NCBI RefSeq assembly: GCF_001194135.2
Contig: NC_068981.1
Location: 54,815,159-54,879,158 of the forward strand
Origin: Octopus bimaculoides
Taxonomy: Eukaryota
Direction of reading: 5' to 3'
DNA: 64,000 bases
The translations under genes were made by a program, and so were the position numbers. This document shows, piece after piece, positions 1 through 11,105 of the stretch. The notes under the pieces are model-generated. The model worked only from the letters and a program-made list of their open reading frames with translations, made no database searches and was not told the origin of the DNA. Within the stretch, counting starts at the first letter, position 1. Each line of letters begins with the position of its first letter.

Positions 1-44
<44 letters not shown>

Positions 45-1339
45 TGATGTTGGCAGAATTAATTGCATTCAGCAGACTCTTAAGACAGGAAGTTTAGAGT
101 AAACGAAGCATGAAGTTTCAATTTCTCACTGAAGCCATTTCATTTCTAACAGAACCATTTACTAATTACTTTTCAAAAATATATGAGTGTCATAACTTGC
201 CATTTCTTTTCAAATAAAAGTCAAGGGCTTTGTGTTTGTGTAAGAAACCATTATAAGGCTGTAGTATTTTAAATGATATACGGTGGTTATATTTTTGTTT
301 TCCCTTTCCTGCTTGTTTTAGATTTATACTTTATACTTTGGATATCCTGCATTAATGACTGTTTGAACATGGACTGTCACCTGAATTTTATAAAAATGGT
401 TTTATGTAGCTGAATTGTTTATTACTATAGCTCAAAGTTTATTCATTACTAGCTTATTGATATTTAAGCTATCAAAACTGATTTTCTTCTCTTATTATTT
501 ATGTCTTTCAGAAATATCTTGTATACACCTGAAATTTTCCTTATAAATACCTAATACATCAAAATTATTGCAATTATAGACAATTATTTTATGGAAATAT
601 TTTATCAGTGCATTTGATAAAATATAATTTTGAAATTGGGAAGGCTAGCATTAATTGCTTACTTCAAGAAAAGAAGACAAGGCAATGTGTACGGTGTTGT
701 AGAAAAAACAGTTGGCTGTGACAATATTTATTACTTTGGTAAGAGCTTGTTAAAGCTGAAAAGTAAATACTCTAAGCCAACATCAATTCTGACAAATGAA
801 TTCAATTAATCCAACATTAATTGACGTTTAATTCAATATCTTTCTTTGTATTACTTTCAACGCAAATATTTTCAAAAATATAATTGGAATTATTAAATAA
901 GTAAAAGATTTTAATTTGATTTTTCAAAAATTAGATATCTTTATTTTTGATATATTAATTAGAAAAGATAGAGTATTTTTGTTCAGTTTGAAAAGTATTG
1001 AAACAATGTATAGAATATTCCTAATAGTGTCAGGAATATTTACTTTGTTCTTAATTATTATTTCCAATTTACACATACATTCTTAATAATATTGTCATAC
1101 TATATGATACCATCTACCATTAATATTTAGAATGAAGGATGTTTTGAGTCCTTAGAATATTTTTATATTCAATGTTTTATATTAGATAAAACATAGATAT
1201 CTGACAATAAATAATGACTGCCTGTCTTGCTTCTTTAGAGCTTGAAACTAGGCAAAAGTCAAGCATTCATCATATTTATATATTTTCCATTTGCCTCTTT
1301 GATCCATTGCATCACCAGCTTTTTAATCTCCCATTTAAA

Positions 1340-1375
<36 letters not shown>

Positions 1376-4014
1376 TTTACGAAGAAAATGTAAGCAGTGT
1401 ATTTTATTATTTCTCTTTTATCATTGGCTGAAGTGAATTTGATAATACAGAAAGATTCACTACATTAAGAAAACATCATACCTTTGTTTTATTTATCAAA
1501 AAGATGGCTACCTTTCTTTCAGAGCAACTTTTGAAATACGGTCTAGTTGATGAGAATGATAGGCACATCATCAGGAATTATTTTTTGACATGCAGCAAAC
1601 TTCACTTAATCACACCAAAATATTTTAAAAAGCCTTTTGGTGTCTACCTAAATCAAGCTTATTAATGGACTTTGACAATTTAAAACAAATCCTTGCGTTT
1701 TATCTTTGGTGAAATATTTAAAAATATTTTGCTTTCATAGAAATAGAGTTTAATAAATAAAAAAAAAATAGTTGCTCATTACGTTACCTTTGGCCATTCA
1801 CCACAAATCTTTCTTGATTTTTACTAATACATTTCTTTGTGAATGTTGAGTTGGTTTCCATACAATTTTAGTATCCATAATTCAGCTTAAGTCAGGAGTT
1901 ATCCTGTTTGTACTGCGTTATTTTAAAGATAATTATCTAACTTTTTCTTTGTTCATTTAGATAATTTTCTATTTATGCAATTCTGCAGCATTAATTCTTA
2001 TTTTAACACAAAAACTTCCCAGCCTGCTAAATTTTCCTTATATATCTATATTATTCCTGGAGCTGAAAGTAAAGTTAATTTATCAAATTCTAACACCAAT
2101 AAACAAAAGATGATTATCAGCAACAATTGAAAATACTTTGTAACTGTGTGATACATCATAAATAGCCGAGAAGACGTGTGTTATCCTCTGAGATGACTTG
2201 ATTCTACCAATGAACTTACCTATTTAATGTATTTTTCAAAAATATACTTAGGTTTAGTCTTATATACTTTTCCCTTTCTACAGTTCCCTGCCTCAACCAA
2301 TATTCATACAATGTGTAGCTAACAGAAGATTTCTTGTTCTTCCATTTTTAGTCCCCGAATTAATCTCCCCCTTTTTCAGCTCCAATTAATTATTAACATA
2401 CCTATTTACAATTGGTTAGGTCCAAGTATCACCAGCTCACCCAGTGTCTACTCCAGTTCCACCACTGATGGGGCACCCTATAATTGCTACAAAATTGATT
2501 CCCAGAGTCTAAAAAGTGCGTCCCACCCCAAAGGTAAAATTTTTTTTCCAATTTCCATTGCTAAATGCATCTACTTACTGCTGATTACTTTGAAACATTA
2601 GTTATTAATATGTTTGAAAAAGGTGGAGAGAGTGAGGATAAAAGCATGTGGTATGATGTCTCTTGTCTTCACTCCTTTAGCCCAGACTCCCACCCCACCT
2701 TGTGTCTATCTATTGAAAGAAAAATAACATTAATTGATTGCTACAGCTTTTTGACTTTGTGTCATTTATTTCCCTTTGTTCATTCTTTTCTTAATCTAGT
2801 ATCACTATTAATTTGGCTTCATTAATCTGCCTTAAATTATTCAAGTAATGCATTAGATACATTAAGCTTTGAAATATGGTGATTCTTTATATTTCACTAA
2901 AAAACTAATTTGCTTTTATTCTGCTTCCCTCTGTGAGCTAATTCTTTTAATTTGCTTTTGAAACATATTTTTAACCAGGTGTAAAAAAAAAAAATGCCCA
3001 AATTTAGATTTGTGTGACCTTAAAATACACAGCAGTATCAGAAATACTTTCAGAATTATTTTAATTAAAATAAGACAAAATACTTATATCTATGCAAGCA
3101 TAGTTTATTTATTGATAGACTTATCACTGAATAACTTTATTTTGCTTTTAGCTAATGTGTATATGATATGAGTGTGTCTGTGAGAGAAAGAGAAGGAGAT
3201 AGCCAAAGAGAGAAAGAAAACTAGTGTGTGTAAATATGAAGTGATTGCATATATACAGTATGTGTATACATGAATATACTCTATTCCCTCTACACATCTA
3301 TACATCCTTTATTTTCTCTACTCTTTCTTCAGTTGTACCTTTGGAAAGTTGGATTTCATTAAGAATTGTTGAAAATAGTTTTGATGTTTGAGTAAAATCA
3401 ATTTAAGATTATACTTCAGTTCTTGTAAGAGTCTTTATAGAAACCCCATAATTACCAAAAAGTAGTGTCATTACATATTTCTTGTTTAGGAATGGTCTCA
3501 GTTTGGAATGGATTGTTTATTTAACTATTTTTTTGTGACTGTTTTAAGAAAGGAAATTCTAAAGATTCTAATGAACTTATATTGGTATAAAATACAACAG
3601 CATCAGCCTATACACATAATTAGCTCAACTATATTTGTACACTTACAGATCTTCAAACAAGTACATCAATATTACTTTATATTCTCTTTAGAAATCAAGT
3701 TAAGCCAAAATTGCTTGCAACCTTATCATTTTACTTTTTAATTACTCTATTTTTTCCTTTCTATTTTCTTTTCTTTTCTTATTCTTTCTGTTATATTCAT
3801 TTGCTATAAACTATTATTTTTACTTAGGTTTCTGTAAAAATTCTCACTATATCACCTTTTCTTTTATATTTTATTTTCTGTTATTTAATCTGTTTTATTA
3901 TTTTTTGTCCCCCCACCACCGCTTCTTTTGTTTTGTTAATTCTTCTCTTTCTAATTTAACATTTTTATTCATTTGTTTTTATATTCTACTGATAAATAAA
4001 TATATTTCTTGTAG

Positions 4015-4041
4015 ACGCTTGGTCCCAATTTCAAATTCCAG
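4015..4041 (+). CDS. Candidate 27-nt microexon, possibly of NR2C
   Basis: tatatttcttgtag|ACGCTTGGTCCCAATTTCAAATTCCAG|gtaagt. Consensus donor, pyrimidine-rich acceptor, length divisible by 3, open in all three frames. No transcript evidence. Confidence 0.5.
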
Positions 4042-5923
4042 GTAAGTTGATGTTTCGCAATTTTCCCAGTTAGGATTTATCTTTGGAAATGTGAAGCTGT
4101 CCAGTAGCACCGATATTAATAGTATTTAAATAAAATAGCTCAAGATTATTCAACATTTGAAAATATTTGTATAATAATAATAAACCTTGCTCAACAAGGC
4201 TGTTGATTATTGTTACATTCAAACTGATTCTTTTACTAAAAATGTGATGTAAATAACACATGATCCACTACACTTCTTAAAGACTAATTGCTCTTCATAA
4301 TATTCCAGTTCTTCCTACCTGCATCATATAAGTGTAATGTTAAGAAATAAGACTTTCTTACTTCTCTTACTATTTTCTGCTACAGTTTGGCAAGATTTCT
4401 TATAGTTGATTGCTTGGATATATTTTACACTTCTTATTCTTAATATATTAAAAAGGAGATTTTATATTTTCCTGTGTTTAACTATATTGAATAGATTTGC
4501 GGTTGGTCTCCTCTAAACACACACACGCACACACAGATACACACCTTTCTTTCTCCATATATATGTGTGTGTGTGTGTGTATTCTTGTGTATTTTGTGTG
4601 TTTATTCTTGCATGCATATTAGATTATATCATTTGAGAGTCTTAAGGACTCTATCTTTTACATAGTGACACATTGAAAGTTGTATTGGAAAATGTGTGTG
4701 TTTGCATATGTATATATGCATGTGTATTTGTGTGTATTTACATGCACATACACATGTGCACACAAATTCACCCATACACACATGCACATGCATGTGCACA
4801 CAAACCAATTGCTGAACCAAATGTTGGTGTGGTCATCTGGGTTATCCAAATAGACTTCCTCTAACACAATTTGTTATCATTAGGTTTTGAGTTATAATTA
4901 AAAGTTGCTGCGTGGAATAATTTTAACTAAACCTTAACTTTGTTGGTTTTCTTAAATAACTGCTCTGTATTTTTGCATGCTGAACAATTTCTAAATATCT
5001 CTATTAGCGGAAGTGAAATCTAAAGAGATGTTGTTTTGTTTTATTATGAATGTAACATGTCTGTGAATTAAAGATATGAAAACTTCTCAAGAAATATCAG
5101 TTGTAATCATGTAATAAAATATACAGCTGTGATTAAGAGATAGTACTTTTAGTAGTTCCTAAATCCAGACAGTGTAAGTTCAGGTTTTAGGATTATCTTT
5201 TGCTCAACATAACTGAAAAAAGAACAGTTATCTGATATTGAATGTGTCAATGGAGTAGAATTTTTGAAGATAATACTAATGATTGGCTCTTGAATAAGAA
5301 ACCTTCTTTTGGAAATTTCCTAGTTTTGAAAATAGTCTATTAACACTTGAGAATATAATGTCTCATATTTTAAGCTGTTTAGCATCATCCCTGCTCTGAT
5401 TGAACTGTCTTGTGATCAAAGAGGTTCCAGCTTTGACCAAGCTGTCTTGTGATAAAGCATATCCAGTTCTGTTATATATTGAGTTCTATTTTTTTAAAGA
5501 TACTTGAATGTGATTTTGAGGGAGATTTGACTGCTATTTCTTGCGAGTTCAGTAACCATACAGAAGCCATATCATTGACTTATGTGATTGAAGGTTGTTA
5601 AACGACGAAAGGTCTACATGAGTGGCACAGAATAAGTTACAGCTGATAGCTAAATTTTTTTCTTTTTGAAAATCTTTCAAACAGCTTTACATTTAATGAA
5701 CTTACTGTGGTCAAAACAAGTCTTGCAGTGATCAAAACAGCCTGCCACTTTTCTGTAGATATCTGCAGTTGTATAACTTATTGAATATATACTTTATGTA
5801 AAATGATTTTAAATACAGTATACAGTTTTGAAGCTCTGTGTGTGTGTGTGTGTATTTGTTGTGTGGGTGTGTGTTTGTGAAGCAAACAGGAAAATAGATC
5901 TCAAAAGATGATTATATACATAC

Positions 5924-5955
<32 letters not shown>

Positions 5956-6573
5956 NNNNNNNNNNNNNNNNNNNNNNNNNNNNNNNNNNNNNNNNNNNNN
6001 NNNNNNNNNNNNNNNNNNNNNNNNNNNNNNNNNNNNNNNNNNNNNNNNNNNNNNNATATACATATTTGATGAACGACAAGAATGAGTGCTCAACACTACA
6101 TTATATATATATGTATATATTGTTATTAATTGGCAAAAGTTACAGAGTAATTCAACTTTGGTTCATGCCATTGCACGAAACTCTCAGCCATTGAGTCATT
6201 CTGTAACTTTTGCTGAAAATTGAATATATAGATATGAAATAAAATAAGGTGATCAGTCAACATGCGAAATCACACTGGATTATACCTACAAAAAAATTAT
6301 AGAAGTTAATAGAAGTTTATATAAATATTATTTTGTTGATAGTCATGATGGTGACTGGTGGTAATTTTATTCAATGTTGTATGGATTTTACATAGCTTCT
6401 ATAATTTTTGTATGTATGATCCAGCATATTGATTAATAGAGCACTTCTACTCATTATGGAAACAATAGTAACTGATTAATAAAGATGGTACTGTCACCTT
6501 TATTCCTTTGATTATTATATCATATTTTCTGTGATGGATGCACTACTTCAATAAATTGGAACCTTCCCTGGAT

Positions 6574-6718
<145 letters not shown>

Positions 6719-7075
6719 AAATACAAACAAAGTTTAGCAACAAGAAAAGCATCTGATTGTAAAACAATGCTTCAGTAATATGTATTCTTCCAACCCAACT
6801 GAATATATATGCATAATACACGAATGTGTGTGTGTACACATATATAAAATTAATAAGGGTATATTAAAAACCATACAAGATAAAATCTTGATTTATTGAA
6901 TTTATCTCGGATATATTTCTTCTTCATATTTGTTGTACTTGCCAATGGCCACTCTTGGTTTATATCTCTGAGCACTTTTTTGTTTCATTTAAGCAAATAC
7001 CCAGGTCATAATTGTGTTCTACTCTTTAGTATATGTCTAAGTGTTCTGTCTGCTAGAATTAAGATAGAGTAATAG

Positions 7076-7118
7076 CTGTGCTGATGATGCCTAACGAGGC
7101 AGAAACATATGTCCACAG
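7076..7118 (+). ncRNA. Type I hammerhead ribozyme (minimal, palindromic stem III)
   Basis: CUGUG-CUGAUGA-UGCCU(AACG)AGGCA-GAAA-CAUAUG-UC-CACAG. Perfect 5-bp stems I and II, intact core, GUC cleavage triplet. Confidence 0.85.
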
Positions 7119-7244
7119 GTTTCTTTTGTTTCCATACAATTGAACTGTATTAGTGGTATGTCAATTTATGAGAATTTTTGATTCATTAGGTGATGCCCCT
7201 TCTAATTTAGAGTTAATTCCAATTGGCATCAAGCAAAGAAAGGT

Positions 7245-8157
7245 TAACTGGGAAAATAGCTTTTGGGTGTGGCAGATGCACATGGGCAATAAACACTGAA
7301 GATGTACAGAAAGCAAATTCCATCACATGTTAAAAAAAGCTTTTGCTACCTAGGCGACCAAGTCTGTAGTGTGAGTGGTTGCTCTGAGAGTGTAGTGGCT
7401 AGAATAAGAATATCCTGGGCAATGTTCAGGGAGCTCCTACCTCTGCTGGCAACTAAGGGCCTCTTACTCAGGATGAAAGGTAGACTGTATGATGCATGTG
7501 TGCGAACTGCCATGCTACATAGAAGTGAGACATGGGCCATGACTGCTGAGGATGTGTTGGTTTGAAAGAAATGAAGCTAGTATGAACCACTGGATGTATA
7601 ATGTCAGTGTGAATATAAGATAGAGTGTAAGCACTCTGAGAGAAAAGTTGGGCATACAAAGCATCAAATGTGGTGTACAAAAGAGACGACTGTGCTAGTA
7701 TGGTCCTGTGCTACATATGGATGAGGACAGCTGTGTGAGGAAATGCCACTCCCTAACTGTGGAAGGAACCTGTGGAAGAGGTAGACCCAGGAAGACATGG
7801 GATGAGGTGGTGAAGCATGACCTTTGAACATTGGGCCTCACAAAGGCAATGGCAGGAGACCAAGACCTTTGATGATATGCTGTGGTTGAGAAGACCTGGC
7901 AACTAAAGTGAGATTGCAGCCACGCATGTCCGGCCCAGTAAAGAGTACCCCCGATGCGTTGGGCGATATGATAGCTTGAGAAGACCTGTTGAGTCAAGTA
8001 AAACCAATATCGTAGTATTGAGGAAACATTACCTTGCTTGGAAAAGGTAAGGCTTGGCAACAGGAAGGGCATCTGAACATAGAGAATCTGTCTCAATAAA
8101 CTCCATCTGACTCATGCAAGCATGGAAAAGTGAATGTTAAAAATGATGATGATCATG
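7245..8157 (+). mobile_element. RTE-clade LINE, 5'-truncated, degenerate
   Basis: 'FCYLGDQV...SESVVARIRISWAMFRELLPLL...RTAMLH.SETW', with stops. Ends in an aggaagggcatc tail plus (GAT)n. Homologous to the copies at 22.9, 48.2 and 58.5 kb. Confidence 0.9.
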
Positions 8158-9234
8158 ATATATAATGTATATTTCTACCATTTCCTTCTCCCTTCAACCA
8201 TTGATGGTATCAGTAGAGCATTTACATTTTCAACAAGGCTTTTATATTTGGGATAGAGTTAAAGTTTAGGAAATTTATATTAAACACAATGGTGTGTTTA
8301 ATGATGATATTTTCAGTTATAAATACATGGTGGAAGGTAAATTAATACAGACATTAATTAGATACACTGAGACGTATCTATGAAGTATATCTAACTTCAA
8401 TATTTAGATAACATGGCTATATATCCTCTCCAATCTAATCTAGGCTCATAAACAAACATCCATATCTATATCAGATATCTAATCCCTCCTCCACTGAAAA
8501 AAGAAAAACATAAAACCTAACTATATCCTAGATCTTTTGGATCTAAATTACTCAATAGATATATGGTTAAATCTTAACATTATATATCTTTTAAAAATTA
8601 ATCAATTTTCTGTAAATTATGTCTATCTCTTGAAATTCTTTAAGTGTTGATCCCAAGATACCTTGCAAAAAGTAAACATGCAGAACTAGTTTTAGAGCTT
8701 AAAGCTTTAACCTTTCCACATTTACAACAACCACATATAACACTTCTACAACTACTTTCTGCCACCTACCTCTCCAGTCATACACTTTTTATGGATATAT
8801 TTTAGTTTAAAAAGCAGTGATGATATAATAATGGGACTGAGATATCTGATGAAATTTGCTCTGTTTATAAAATCAATCTGTTCTTGTTTCTGTTGTCAAA
8901 TATCGATTCTTTAGCATATTTTTACATTTTTTTTTTTTTTTGCTATTCTTTCAGTGGGCCAAGTTATAAACCTACTTTTGAAAACCTATTTTTGATTTTT
9001 GATTGAAGCAATTTCCCATTACTTCCCATTTGTCTTTGTGTAAACATCTAAGGTTTTGTAGTTATTTTACTTCTGAATTAAAAACTTTCTCTCAGTCAAA
9101 TTGAACCAAATCAATTTGCCTGCAAACTGCTGCCACTGTAGATACCTAAATTTATATCTAAGTAAGAGATAAATTTCATTTTCAGCATGATAATAATAAA
9201 AATAATAGTTTCTTACATAGAAACAAGGTCAGAA

Positions 9235-9781
9235 AGATGAAAGTCAAAGTTGACATTAGTGGAATTTGAATTTGGACTGTAAAGAGCCAGAACTAATGCT
9301 GCAAGGCATTTTGTCTGATGCTCTAATACTTCTGCCAACCCTCCGTTCTTAAAATGACAATTTCTCAGAGAGACACAGAGCTATAAATTTGAGGATGAGG
9401 AGGAGGTTAGTCTGTTAAATTAACCACAGTACATGTCTGGTACTTTATTTTATTGGTAGGATTTTGAATTCAGATTGTAAAGAACCAGAACAAATGCCAC
9501 AAAGCATTTTGCCTGACACTCAAATGATACTGTTAACTCACCACTTTTAGTAATAATAATAATAATAATAATCCATTCTACTAAAGGCACAAGGCCTGAA
9601 ATTTTGGGGGAGGGGACTAGTTGATTACATCAATCCATTCACTGGTATTTAATTTATCAACCCTGAAAGGATGAAAGACAAAGTTGACCTTGACAGAATT
9701 TGAACTCAGAAGATAAAGATGGATGAAATGCTGCTAACCATTTTGCCTAGTGTGCTAATGGTTCTGCCAGCTCACCACCTT
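9235..9781 (-). mobile_element. Cluster of about 3 tRNA-derived SINE-A copies (Nin/Deu-like centre, (ATT)n tail)
   Basis: Reverse complement of ggtggcgagctggcagaatcgttagc...gactttgcctttcatcctttc...gataaaataagtaccag. Copies are separated by (AAT)n. Confidence 0.8.
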
Positions 9782-9819
9782 AATATCAATAATACATACA
9801 TACACACACACACACACAC

Positions 9820-10430
9820 ATGCAACCTACTGCAATGTATCATCAAATGAAAGGATGAGCCTATATGAACAGAAGGCTATGCATGGATATGTTATTAGAA
9901 AGGTCCGTGATGATAGTACATCGATCATCAAAGCAGTTTATCATGGACAAATAGCCAGAATACTACCTCTTACTTAGAAGGGTATGCATTTGCAATCCAG
10001 GTGCAAGAAATATCAACCAAGTACCTGATGCACAAAAGGAATAGAGATGCAGGAAAAGCAGTAAAATGTGACAACCGATGCAGACTTTGTGGAGTTCACA
10101 CTGAAGATATCACCCACATCACAAGCAGTTGTCCGAAAATGTGATCACAGTATTATCTACCGATGAGACATGACATTGTAGCTAGGCTAGGACACTATAA
10201 TGAAATTCGTTGGAAGGATATTTCTGAGGGCAAAGAAATATGAACCCACAATATGGTAGAAGCCATAGCCACTCATAATAAAAAGGAATACTGGTGGAAT
10301 GTCCCAGTGAGGACCTCAATAAAATGTAAGCACAACAGACCTGATATAATGATTTGGGATAGAGTAGAGAAACTGTGCATAGTTGTGGAAATTAAGTGGC
10401 CAGCAGATGTTAACATCAGTGAAAGAGAGA
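9820..10430 (+). mobile_element. R4/Dong-like LINE C-terminal remnant (CCHC finger and restriction-like endonuclease)
   Basis: 'KAMHGY...EGYAFAIQVQEI...CRLCGVHTEDITHITSSC...RHDIVA...HNRPDIMIWD...IVVEI'. Confidence 0.8.
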
Positions 10431-10509
10431 ACACATGCATGTGAGCGCATGCACACACAGATATTCATATGACAAACTTTCTATAGTTACTAGCAACCAA
10501 TTCACTCAC

Positions 10510-11105
10510 AAGACATTGGTTAGCCCAGAGTATAGAAGATATTTGCCCAGGGTACCATGCTGTGGGACTGATCCCAAAACCATGTGGTTATGAAGCAGAC
10601 TTGTAAACTATATATCTATGTCTGCACTTAGCCATACCTCAGTCTTACATATATATCTACCATTTACAAAGCTCTCAGTTCTTGAGTCATTTTTATTAAC
10701 TTATATAAGTATATGTGTATATAGGTGCAGATGTGGTTATGTGGTTAAGAAGCTTGCTTCTCAACCATATAGTCTTGAGTTCAGTCCTACTTAATGGTAC
10801 CTTGGGCAATGTCTTTTGTTGCCTAGGGCCAACCAAGTCCTTGAGAAAGCATTTTGTAGATGGAAACTAAAAGAAGCCTGTCATATGTGTGTGTGTGTAT
10901 GAATTTATGCGTACTTTCTTGACATGGTTATAGACAAGCATAACTGTTATACAAGTGATGTTGTTCACTTCCAGTCTTCTGTGAAAAACATGCCTGGCCA
11001 TGAGGAAATATTACCTTGCTTGGAAAGAGGCGAGCATTGATGACAGGAAGTGCAACAGGTCATAGAAAATCTGCGTCAACAAATCCCTCCTGACCCATGC
11101 AAGCT
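10510..11105. mobile_element. Head-to-head pair of SINE-B copies (CORE-like): minus at 10510-10626, plus at 10724-11105 with an RTE-type tail
   Basis: Head gtggttaagaagcttgcttc...gggttcagtccc...accttgggcaa appears in both orientations. Confidence 0.75.

Noticed and set aside
7296-7312. CUGAAGA-UGUACA-GAAA, a hammerhead-like core
   Set aside because: It lies in RTE coding sequence. Stem II is negligible and there is no stem I, stem III or NUH site.
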